A stretch of 32,000 bases of DNA, taken from contig NC_002937.3 in the NCBI RefSeq assembly GCF_000195755.1, forward strand, positions 1,290,001 to 1,322,000, in the 5' to 3' direction. The stretch is from Nitratidesulfovibrio vulgaris str. Hildenborough. GTDB lineage: Bacteria; Desulfobacterota; Desulfovibrionia; Desulfovibrionales; Desulfovibrionaceae. Numbering within the stretch: position 1 is the first letter of the stretch; every line of letters starts with the position of its first letter. The position numbers and the translations under genes are program-made. Positions 17,187 through 25,292 of this stretch are shown here, piece after piece. Below the pieces are notes generated by a model. It was not told the DNA's origin, ran no database searches, and worked only from the letters and a program-made list of their open reading frames with translations.

Positions 17187-18596
17187 ATGTCTTCCAAGTT
17201 CCCTTCATCTTTCGCGGAAGTCCGCGCGCGTTGGCGCGAACCGGGCGGGTATCGCGAGGTCCTGCACATCGGCCTGCCACTGGTGGCGGGTATGGCCTCC
17301 ACGACGGTGATGCAGTTCACCGACCGTCTGTTCCTGAGTCATTATTCCGTCGAATCCATTGCCGCGGCGTTGCCCGCCGGACTGGCTTCGCTGCTTCTGC
17401 TGCTCACCTGCATGGGTGTGACCGGCTATGCCAGCGTGTTCATCGCCCAGTACATCGGTGCCGGGCAGCCGCACCGGGTCGGCGGAGTCCTCTGGCAATC
17501 GCTCATCGCCAGTCTTGTGTTCGGAGGTCTGCTGGCCATGACAAGCCTGCTGGCAGAGCCCATTTTCTCGCTGGCCGGACACGCGCCCGAGTTGCAGCGC
17601 CTTGAGGAGACCTATTTCATCATCCTCCAGCTTGGCAGTGTGCTGTCGCTGGTCGGCAACAGTCTCGGAACCTTCTTTTCGGGCAGGGGACGCACCCGGC
17701 CCGTCATGCTGGCCAACATCGCGGCAGCGGTGGTGAACGTGCCGCTGGACTACGTGCTCATCAACGGAGTGTGGTTCTTTCCGGAGATGGGTATCGCAGG
17801 GGCTGCCGTGGCCACGGTCATGGGGTGGGGCGTGACGGCCGTGCTGCTTGCCATCGCCGTGTTCAACCGCGACCATGAAACCCGGTTCGGGGTGCGCAGC
17901 CAGTGGCGTTTCGATGCAGTCATGATGCGCAGGCTCATGCGCTATGGCTTGCCCAGCGGCGTCAACTTCTTCATGGAACTGTTCGCGGTGACGTGGTTCG
18001 TCTTCGTCGTGGGCACGCTTGGCGAGGTGGCGCTGGCGGCGACGAACATCGCCTTCTCCATCAACTCCGTCGCATTCCTGCCCACGGTGGGATTGAACAT
18101 CGCGGTGGGTACGATGGTGGGGCAGGCCATGGGGCGCGGCGACCCGGATGGCGCGGCCCGTGCCACGGGCAGTACCCTGCATGTGGCCATGGCGTGGATG
18201 ACGGCACTGGCTCTGGTCTTCGTTCTTCTGCCGGGGCCGCTGGTCGACCTCTTCAGGCCGGACAACCTCACGCCTGCGGCCTATGCCGACATCCGGGAGA
18301 CCACGGCGAGGCTGCTTGCCTACGTCGCCTTCTACTGCCTGTTCGACAGCCTCACCATCATCTTCTGCGGAGCACTCAAGGGGGCCGGAGATACGGCTTT
18401 CGTCATGTGGAACATGACGGTGGGGTGCATCTTCGTGCTCATCATCCCGGCGTATGCGTTGCGCGCCCTCGGCTGGTGGAGTCTCGATTCGCTGTGGCTG
18501 GTGTTCTCGGTGTATGTCTCGGTACTGGCGGTGGCGTCGTATGTCCGCTTTCGCCTGGGCAGGTGGCGGAAGCTGCGCCTTGTCCATCCCGCCTGA
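17187..18596 (+). CDS. MATE-family (NorM-like) multidrug/toxic compound efflux transporter
   Basis: 469 aa with about 12 hydrophobic segments. N-terminal LPLVAGMASTTVMQFTDRLFLSHYS and mid-protein RRLMRYGLPSGVNFFMELFAVTWF match the two-repeat MATE organisation. Confidence 0.9.
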   Translation: MSSKFPSSFAEVRARWREPGGYREVLHIGLPLVAGMASTTVMQFTDRLFLSHYSVESIAAALPAGLASLLLLLTCMGVTGYASVFIAQYIGAGQPHRVGGVLWQSLIASLVFGGLLAMTSLLAEPIFSLAGHAPELQRLEETYFIILQLGSVLSLVGNSLGTFFSGRGRTRPVMLANIAAAVVNVPLDYVLINGVWFFPEMGIAGAAVATVMGWGVTAVLLAIAVFNRDHETRFGVRSQWRFDAVMMRRLMRYGLPSGVNFFMELFAVTWFVFVVGTLGEVALAATNIAFSINSVAFLPTVGLNIAVGTMVGQAMGRGDPDGAARATGSTLHVAMAWMTALALVFVLLPGPLVDLFRPDNLTPAAYADIRETTARLLAYVAFYCLFDSLTIIFCGALKGAGDTAFVMWNMTVGCIFVLIIPAYALRALGWWSLDSLWLVFSVYVSVLAVASYVRFRLGRWRKLRLVHPA

Positions 18597-18618
18597 CGAT
18601 CCATCGAGGTCTGATTGT

Positions 18619-18654
18619 ACAAGGGGAGTGCGCCTTCGGGCACACTCCCCTTGT
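18619..18654 (+). other. Long hairpin with TTCG tetraloop after the MATE gene (possible terminator without U-tract)
   Basis: ACAAGGGGAGTG ... CACTCCCCTTGT (12 bp) plus inner GCC-TTCG-GGC, 23 nt after the MATE stop. There are no flanking T-runs on either strand. Confidence 0.45.
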
Positions 18655-18926
18655 TGATGGCAACGTGCTGTTGCGGGTTGGCGAAAGCCGGCAAAGGATG
18701 CTGGCGTATGAAACAGGAGGCGGAGGCTGCATTTGGTCTGCGTGCTCTTGGGGCAACCCCTTGCCGCGACATTGTGCCCCGTCTCGTCCCGTGACGCACC
18801 ATTGCGCACTCTCGGGAAGAACATGCTCCAACACCTGACGGCAGCCGCATCCTGCGATGGGGCATGCCTGCAGGCTGTCACGTCAACCGGAATGTCTCGA
18901 CTCCGGCTGCACGCCCTGCGAGGCGT

Positions 18927-19226
18927 TCAGGCTAGCCTGTCCTCTACGGAAGCCATCTTCTGTGAAAGCCTGCCGTCTCCACCACGGCGTGCGTCGATTT
19001 TGAGGGTCATGTACAGGCGGTCGGAGTCCTTCTCGAGGGTGCGGTAGCATCGGTCGACGACGCGCATGACCGCCTCCCATTCGCCTTCGACGCATGTGCC
19101 CATGGGGCCGAAACTGTGCGGCAGGCCGCTTGCCCGGATGACGGAAACGGCCTTAGCCACCCATTCACTGACACTGCCGCCCTTGTCCATGGGGAAAATG
19201 GCGATCTCGGCGATGACACCCATCAT
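18927..19226 (-). CDS. MTH1187/YkoF-family (DUF77) small thiamine-binding-like protein
   Basis: About 99 aa. MMGVIAEIAIFPMDKGGSVSEWVAKAV...GPMGTCVEGEW fits the MTH1187/YkoF ACT-like fold family. GAGAGGA SD lies before ATG 19226. The track start at 19253 lacks an SD. Confidence 0.8.
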   Translation of the reverse strand: MMGVIAEIAIFPMDKGGSVSEWVAKAVSVIRASGLPHSFGPMGTCVEGEWEAVMRVVDRCYRTLEKDSDRLYMTLKIDARRGGDGRLSQKMASVEDRLA

Positions 19227-19279
19227 TTCATTCGTCCTCTCGTCTGTAGTCATGTGGTGCCGGAGTCAGGCTGCCACCG

Positions 19280-21475
19280 TCAGCGCAGTAGAATCACCCT
19301 GCATTGCCGGGCTGCCATGGGAATCTGCATATCCGTTCCCATCGACGTGAAGGTCTCGTCGAGCATGTCCTTGCCACGGGTACCGGCATCCAGGTTCCAT
19401 GTCCTTTCCAGCCTGATGTGCTCTGTCGTCGGCGTCGCGGCGAAGTTGGCGATGGTGAGGATGTGCCCGCGGTCGCCGGGCAGACGGGTGAGCAGGGCGA
19501 CCGAGCCTTCACCCCGGGTGGCGGGACGCGCGACGACGATGCCCTGCGCCACACCAGTGGCAGTCCGCAACGACGCAAGACGTGCCATGCCGGATACGAA
19601 CGACCCTTCGATGCCTTTCTGCACCACCACAGGGGGATAGGCCGCAGGGGCGCGTGGAACGCCGCCACGCGTGATGGCAAGTCCTGATATGGGAGGCATG
19701 GGCGACCATGCCCCTCTGGCTGCCTGTTCCTTGCGCCATGATTCCGGGCGCAGTGCCACATGTTCCCACGTCAGCGGCAACGTGCCCGCGAGGTTGTCGG
19801 CGGGCAGCATGAACAGTCCGGGTTGCGCCGCCTTGAATGCGGCCAGAAACAGGTGATTGCGGACGATGGCGACGACGTTCTCATCCGCAGCAGCCTGGGC
19901 GGGCGTGAACCCTGCGGCGATGGCAGAGAGTGTGGTGGCGTTGACATAGAGCACATCCCCTATGAAGGGTGCCTGTTCACCCCATGCCCCGATGCGGCGA
20001 TGCGCCCCCGCCACCATGTGCGCCTGAAGCACGGCCCCCGGAAGCCCGCCGGGCGAGAGGGGGCGGTGTCCCGCCGCCATCATCTGTGGCAGGGAATAGT
20101 CGATGCCATCCGCCGAGGGGAGTGTGTTCACGAAGCGTCTGAATTCGAGGCCGGACTCGAGGGCACTGTCGATGCAGTCGCGCAGGGCCGAGGCGTCTTC
20201 GGTCAGCAGGGCGTGTTCCACCGTCGTGGTGGTGACGGGCGAGGTGGCAAAGTCAGGGCCGTCGGGCATGATGTCCTGAAGGTCGGCGAAGGGCAGCACG
20301 TCGCGCATCCATGTCCATCCGCCGTAACGCCTCACTTCGCGACCCAGACTGCGTGCCGCCTCGGGCAGGGGGGCTGTCGACACGGTCGCGCCTCCTGCCT
20401 CTTGTCCTGCCAGTGGTGCGATTTCGAGCCCCACAAGCGGGAGACGGCGCAACCCCACCTGCCTGATGGCACTGGCGGAGAGGGTGCGGCGGGCTGTCGC
20501 GCTGGGGTCGTTCCAGTTGAGGACGGGGCGTCCTGGTTTCTGGTGGAAGCGGTAGACCCACCGTCTGAGGGTGCCGTCCGCCCCGCGTACCTCTCCCGTG
20601 GAGGCCCATCCTCCCGTGGCGGCCCACACCAGCGCGTCGCGGGCGAGTCGTGCGGGCAGGATGCCACGTTCGACAAGGGCAGAGGTCTGTGACGCATCAA
20701 GGGCTACGCCCCGCCATTCGCCTTCGGGCGGAGGCAGCAGCCCCCACAGGTCGCGGGGTATCTCTATGGCGCAATACAGTCCGGGGTAGTCTCGCACGCC
20801 ACGTGCCGCGAGAAAGAAGTCGGGACCGAGGCCCGTTGCAGCCGGCACGAGGTCGGAGGCGAGAAGGGTGCGTGACTTCGATGCCGTATGGGCGAGACGC
20901 GAGAAATCCTCTTCCGTTCCCACATCTTCGGCGAATCCGTGTCCGGTGATGTCGTTGCCCGTGGTGGTGGCGGCACGGTCATAGCCCCACACGGCGCCCG
21001 CCTCGGCTGCCGCGCGAAGGTAGACACCGCGGATGCCGCATGCCCGTAGCGCTTCGAAGACCGGAGGTTGCGCCAGTTCTTCCAGCGCAGAGCGTTTGCC
21101 GCCCGTGAGCAGAAGACGGGGTTCCACCGACAGCCACATGTCGGCTTCGGTCAGAAGCAGTGACGGGACAGGGGGGCTGCCGGGCGCGCGCCAGCCTATC
21201 TCGCTGCCTGAGACCACGACAGCGGCTTCAGGGGCGGCCCCCAGCAGGGATTGTCGTTCAAGCCACTGGAGAAAACCGGGGTCGGCCCTGCCGAGAGTCC
21301 CCGACCCGCCGGAGAGGACGGGCTGGTCCTTTCGGGGGGCCTGTCCGGCACAGCCGGCGAGGGACAGGGAAAGAAGCACGAGCGAAAGCACGAACAGGGG
21401 TGTGAGCCGTAGTGCGAGCAGCGGTTCAGGCAGGCGCGCGGGGGACAGTATCGGATGTGGTGGGCGTAACGGCAT
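19280..21475 (-). CDS. Large lipoprotein with a divergent GH13 (alpha-amylase / trehalose-synthase-like) core lacking canonical catalytic motifs
   Basis: 731 aa. GGAGGA SD. Signal peptide ending in lipobox LSLAGC (Cys42). VGTEEDFSRLAHTASKSRTLLASDLVPAATG aligns by eye with GH13 region I (FGT.EDF..L......DLV.NH). PVLNWNDPSATARR...GLRRLPLVGLEIAP aligns with DLNxxNPxV...G(V)DGFRLDA (region II). Confidence 0.7.
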   Translation of the reverse strand: MPLRPPHPILSPARLPEPLLALRLTPLFVLSLVLLSLSLAGCAGQAPRKDQPVLSGGSGTLGRADPGFLQWLERQSLLGAAPEAAVVVSGSEIGWRAPGSPPVPSLLLTEADMWLSVEPRLLLTGGKRSALEELAQPPVFEALRACGIRGVYLRAAAEAGAVWGYDRAATTTGNDITGHGFAEDVGTEEDFSRLAHTASKSRTLLASDLVPAATGLGPDFFLAARGVRDYPGLYCAIEIPRDLWGLLPPPEGEWRGVALDASQTSALVERGILPARLARDALVWAATGGWASTGEVRGADGTLRRWVYRFHQKPGRPVLNWNDPSATARRTLSASAIRQVGLRRLPLVGLEIAPLAGQEAGGATVSTAPLPEAARSLGREVRRYGGWTWMRDVLPFADLQDIMPDGPDFATSPVTTTTVEHALLTEDASALRDCIDSALESGLEFRRFVNTLPSADGIDYSLPQMMAAGHRPLSPGGLPGAVLQAHMVAGAHRRIGAWGEQAPFIGDVLYVNATTLSAIAAGFTPAQAAADENVVAIVRNHLFLAAFKAAQPGLFMLPADNLAGTLPLTWEHVALRPESWRKEQAARGAWSPMPPISGLAITRGGVPRAPAAYPPVVVQKGIEGSFVSGMARLASLRTATGVAQGIVVARPATRGEGSVALLTRLPGDRGHILTIANFAATPTTEHIRLERTWNLDAGTRGKDMLDETFTSMGTDMQIPMAARQCRVILLR

Positions 21476-21599
21476 GGGTCCTCCATCTCGCGCAACCTAC
21501 TCTTACGCCTTCAATCCTGTAAAGGGGTGGTCTTCCAGATGTTGTTCAAACGCACAGTAGAGGGCTTGGAGAGAACGCCCGCTTGGGGTAGAGAAGTCG

Positions 21600-21615
21600 C
21601 GGAGTCACGACTCCG
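21600..21615. promoter_or_regulatory. 7-2-7 inverted repeat CGGAGTC-AC-GACTCCG upstream of the nitroreductase gene (operator candidate)
   Basis: Perfect arms read directly. Centred about 35 nt upstream of ATG 21642 and just upstream of the GGAGGA SD. Confidence 0.35.
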
Positions 21616-21641
21616 AAGCGATATCTCACCCGGAGGAAGCA

Positions 21642-22466
21642 ATGGCCTTTTTCGAAGTCGATGCGCAGCGTTGCAAGCGCGACGACATTTGCATAGCCGA
21701 ATGTCCCATCCACATCATCATCTCCGACCGGGACAGCGGCGTTCCCAAAATGCGTGACGGGGCCGAATCGGTCTGCATCCGTTGCGGGCATTGCGTCGCC
21801 GTCTGCCCCCACGGTGCCGTGCGTATTGAAGACATGCCCATAGAGGCGTTCACGCCGGTGGACAAGAGCCTCGCCATCGACGCGCGTCAGGCCGAACAGT
21901 TCCTGCGCGGCAGGCGCTCCATCAGGACCTTTCGCGATACGCCTGTTCCCCACGACCAGCTTGCCCAGATCATGGAGACCGTACGATGGGCTCCCAGTGC
22001 GAGCCATAAACAGCCGGTACACTGGGTGATGGTGGAGACGCCTTCAGCCGTGCGCGAGATGGCGGAACTGGTGGTGGACTGGATGACCGAGGTGCGTAAG
22101 GAGAACCCCGAGCTCGCCCGACGCTTCAATGTGGCGGGCCTCATCGCCGGTTGGCGCAAGGGGCAGGACCTCATCCTTCGAGGTGCGCCACACCTTGCTG
22201 TCGCGTGGACGGAACCCGCGGCCACATGGCCCGAGGTGGACTGTGCGGTGGCCCTCACCTATCTTGAACTGGCTGCCCATGCCCATGGTGTGGGCTGTTG
22301 CTGGGCGGGGTACTTCACCTATGCGGCCAATGCCTACGGCCCGTTGCGCGAAGCCCTCGGCCTGCCACAGGATGCGCGGGTCTGCGGTGGTCAGATGATG
22401 GGCTACGCGCGCTTCCGTTATCGCCGCTTGCCGTGGCGCAAGCCACTTGCCATCGACTGGAAGTGA
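21642..22466 (+). CDS. Ferredoxin-domain / nitroreductase-family fusion protein
   Basis: 274 aa. N-terminal 2x[4Fe-4S]-type Cys motifs CKRDDICIAECP and CIRCGHCVAVCP. These are followed by nitroreductase-family segments RRSIRTFRDTPVP, RWAPSASHKQP and the C-terminal GY..F.Y.R.PWR. Confidence 0.88.
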   Translation: MAFFEVDAQRCKRDDICIAECPIHIIISDRDSGVPKMRDGAESVCIRCGHCVAVCPHGAVRIEDMPIEAFTPVDKSLAIDARQAEQFLRGRRSIRTFRDTPVPHDQLAQIMETVRWAPSASHKQPVHWVMVETPSAVREMAELVVDWMTEVRKENPELARRFNVAGLIAGWRKGQDLILRGAPHLAVAWTEPAATWPEVDCAVALTYLELAAHAHGVGCCWAGYFTYAANAYGPLREALGLPQDARVCGGQMMGYARFRYRRLPWRKPLAIDWK

Positions 22467-22688
22467 CAGAAGGGGACTTCCCGGTCCCGTCTGCATGTCG
22501 CAACGGCAAGCAACCCGCGGGGCGTATGTGCAGAAGGGACAGCCCCGACTACTGTGCCAGTGTCCACGCTTTGCCGTCCGCCATATCAGTGCCGAAGACG
22601 GCACAACCTGCGCGGCATGGCATGTCTTCACCCCGGAGGGGCATAGCCCCGGCTTCGCAACGCTGATAGACCGATGCAGGGAGATTTC

Positions 22689-23216
22689 ATGAGCCGCGAA
22701 CGTTTCGATACGACTGGATTCATGCAGCAACGTGCCGATGTGGCTGACGCCGAACGTACCATGGTGTTCGGCCCCGGAGGACGGGGGACTACGGCTGCGC
22801 CTGTTGCGCGGCTGGTGGTGCTGGGGATGCGTGAACAAGGGACGGAAGCCCTTGCAAGCCTTGCCGCATCCCGTCTGGGCCTTGAAGCACGCATCCTTGC
22901 CGAGACCGCCGCCTCGCAAGACGTCATCGACGCGTGTTCCGGCGAAGGGTTCGTCCTTGTGCCGCCCCTGACCTCGCTACGTGATGCGTCCGTGTGCGCT
23001 GCGTTGCGTGCCTGCAAGGTCTTTCATCTCATGGTCAATCCTGCACGCATCGCCGCGTCCAAGGGGCTTTCGGGCGAGTCGGCCGAAGCCTTCTGCCGCG
23101 AGGCCATGGAACTTGATGCGCTGGGGATGTGCGTGATGCAGCACCCCATTGCCGACGGCAAGACCCCCGACGAGATGCTTGAGAACGTGCTGGAGAGTCT
23201 GGGCATCATGTCCTGA
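22689..23216 (+). CDS. Hypothetical protein with shikimate-kinase-like layout but degenerate Walker A
   Basis: 175 aa from ATG 22689, with AGGGAG SD 6 nt upstream. LVVLGMREQGTEALASLAASRLGLEARILAE and EGFVLVPPLTSLRDASVCAALRACKVFHLMVNPARIAAS line up by eye with the shikimate kinase P-loop and lid regions. GxxGxGK[ST] is replaced by GMREQGTE. Confidence 0.6.
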   Translation: MSRERFDTTGFMQQRADVADAERTMVFGPGGRGTTAAPVARLVVLGMREQGTEALASLAASRLGLEARILAETAASQDVIDACSGEGFVLVPPLTSLRDASVCAALRACKVFHLMVNPARIAASKGLSGESAEAFCREAMELDALGMCVMQHPIADGKTPDEMLENVLESLGIMS

Positions 23217-23288
23217 CGACGAGGCGTGCCGTCCTTCCGGGCACGCGCACTGAACGCTGCATCAAGACTGCGAAATGTCTGTATGATG

Positions 23289-23317
23289 AAAGGCCGGGGC
23301 AACCACCCCGGCCTTTT
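23289..23317. terminator. Hairpin terminator shared by the convergent SK-like and ycaO genes
   Basis: AAAGGCCGGGG CAACCA CCCCGGCCTTT(T) is an 11-bp stem flanked by A and T runs. It lies 73 nt after the SK-like stop and 67 nt after the ycaO stop. Confidence 0.65.
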
Positions 23318-23383
23318 CGTGTCGTCGCGGGGCGCACGCAGCGTGCGACGTTCTGTGCACTGATGCGAGGGCGTGCGCTGGCG

Positions 23384-25141
23384 TCAGATGTCGTAGCCCA
23401 TGCGAAGGTAGTTGCGGTAGAGGCGACGGCTGATGCGTGTGCAGTCGTCGAAGTCGGCCGTCAATTCCAGACCGGGGATGAGGGCCTTGACCACCGGCAG
23501 ACCCAGGTCTGCACGGGTGAGTTCGACATAGACGGGGTGGTGCCCCGTCGATGCCAGCGTCTCTTCGAGCAGGGCGAGATTGCGTTCCGGTGACTCCAGC
23601 GTGAATGAGGGCAGGTCTTCAAGCTTGCGTTCGGGCAGTCCGCGAAGCCCCGGCCCCGAAGCCCCGCCTCGGGGGTATGGGTAGGGGGTCTCGGTGAGTG
23701 CCGAGATGGCGGCGCGCCTGCCATCGAGCCCCGCACCGGTACCGCGGGCCAGTTTGCCTCGGCTGCTCATGACGAAGCAGGTGTAGCAGGGGATGCCCCA
23801 TTCCGTGGTCATGTCCTGCATCTGTATCTGGATGCCTCGTGCCGCATAGTCTTCGAGCAGTGACCTCAGAAGCGGGTCGTCGGTGGCGGGCCGGAAGCAG
23901 CGTGCACGGTCGTAGGGGGTGGTCGCCTCCGCGTCACGTTCGAGAATCTCGGTGAGTGCCGCGACCTTCGCCTCGGCAAGGGTGTTGCCCGAAGCCAGCC
24001 CCGTGGAACTGGACGAGGTGAACAGGGCCACCTCGTCGAGGTTGCAGAACAGGTACACCATCTGGGCGGGCACCAGTGTGGGAGCATTCCCGTTGGCTTC
24101 GCTCGCGTGTCCTGTCAGCCAGTGGATGGGCTGGTCGCGATAGGGCACTTCAAGAGGGATGGCGTTGGGGTCGAGCACGGCAAGACCTTCGGCCACAAGT
24201 TCGGAGTAGCGTGCCTTGCGGAGGGGCTGCTGACGTGTGAGGCCCAGTATCCCCTCGGGGCCCACATTGGCGTATGAGCTTGCGCGTTCGACCATCTCCA
24301 TGGCGTACGAGGCCCGCGCGTCGGCAAGCGAAAGGCCGCGACCGTAGGTCGTAGCCTCGCCCCGCAGCGTGTAGGCGAGGCCGCCATTGCGTACCCCCAG
24401 GTCGAGACGCCAGCGCCTGAGCAGGGCGATGGGGCTCAACGACGCTTCGTGGCGCATCTCGACACCGGCGATGATGTCGTTCTCGACCAGCACCTCAAGG
24501 GCCTTCTGGGCTGTCTCATGGGCAGGCGGGCGTGACCATGGGGTCCCGGGGGCTGCTGCCAGCCGGGCATGGACTGCGGTGATGGGCGGGTCGGGCCGCG
24601 TCGCGGGCTCTTCATCGGCGTAGAGAGGCGCGAGGTCGTTGTCCTCCGGGTGGGGCAGCATCCTGTGATTCTGGATGTTGTCGGAGAAGAGACGGCACCA
24701 CGCCTGATGCAGTTCCCTGTCGGGGAGTGCCGCCCATCCGATGTACGGAAGCGGGGTGTAGGCGCCCAATCGTTCGGCGATGGCGGCAGGTGAGGCCTCT
24801 GACGTGGTGGGCAACCCCTCCAGAATCTCCGTGAGGGTTGCCCGCAGGGGCGAACCTTCGGGGGCGAGGGCGCAGAGTTCGCAGAAGAGAGCCTCAAGAA
24901 CAGGAGACGCCTGAAGCGTTGGACCGAGCTTCGCCAGTTCCTCGGGGCTCATCTCGCCCAGTCGGCGCAGCAGGTGCCTGTGCATGAAGTCGTCCATGGG
25001 GTGGACGGCGAGCCATGCAAGCGCCTGCTCCATGGTCATGTCCTGCGGCGGTTCGCACGAGAAGTAGCCCGTGGTGGCTTCGGTTCCGGTGTGGGTGTAG
25101 CTGTAGGCCAGCGGTGATGTCGGTCGTGTGGATGCTGACAT
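23384..25141 (-). CDS. ycaO: YcaO-domain protein with an unrecognised ~250-aa N-terminal region
   Basis: 585 aa from ATG 25141, with GGAGG 6 nt upstream. YcaO signatures SYAMEMVERASSY and SSSSTGLASGNTLAEAKVAALTEILERDA are present, plus an internal PYPYP (PxPxP-like) motif. Confidence 0.88.
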   Translation of the reverse strand: MSASTRPTSPLAYSYTHTGTEATTGYFSCEPPQDMTMEQALAWLAVHPMDDFMHRHLLRRLGEMSPEELAKLGPTLQASPVLEALFCELCALAPEGSPLRATLTEILEGLPTTSEASPAAIAERLGAYTPLPYIGWAALPDRELHQAWCRLFSDNIQNHRMLPHPEDNDLAPLYADEEPATRPDPPITAVHARLAAAPGTPWSRPPAHETAQKALEVLVENDIIAGVEMRHEASLSPIALLRRWRLDLGVRNGGLAYTLRGEATTYGRGLSLADARASYAMEMVERASSYANVGPEGILGLTRQQPLRKARYSELVAEGLAVLDPNAIPLEVPYRDQPIHWLTGHASEANGNAPTLVPAQMVYLFCNLDEVALFTSSSSTGLASGNTLAEAKVAALTEILERDAEATTPYDRARCFRPATDDPLLRSLLEDYAARGIQIQMQDMTTEWGIPCYTCFVMSSRGKLARGTGAGLDGRRAAISALTETPYPYPRGGASGPGLRGLPERKLEDLPSFTLESPERNLALLEETLASTGHHPVYVELTRADLGLPVVKALIPGLELTADFDDCTRISRRLYRNYLRMGYDI

Positions 25142-25246
25142 GTTGCCTCCGGTCGTGTGTCGTCCGCGAGGCATAGCGCATGGAAGCTCTCTTGAAAACT
25201 GCGGAGTGGCTGCCACACCCGCAGAAGGTGCGGCTGCATGAATGGA

Positions 25247-25292
25247 CCCGCCCGAGAACGGCGGCAGAAAGGGGGAGCCGTTCTCGGGCGGG
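25247..25292. other. Perfect 16-bp stem hairpin in the ycaO-nfo divergent spacer
   Basis: CCCGCCCGAGAACGGC (25247-25262), 14-nt loop GGCAGAAAGGGGGA, then GCCGTTCTCGGGCGGG (25277-25292). Read directly. Confidence 0.6.

Noticed and set aside
18711-19047. Double SD-like AGGAGGCGGAGG followed by the TTG-initiated 104-codon ORF 18733..19047.
   Set aside because: The ORF overlaps the YkoF-like gene antisense by about 120 nt. The product is not protein-like and matches no family, so the SD-like run may be fortuitous.
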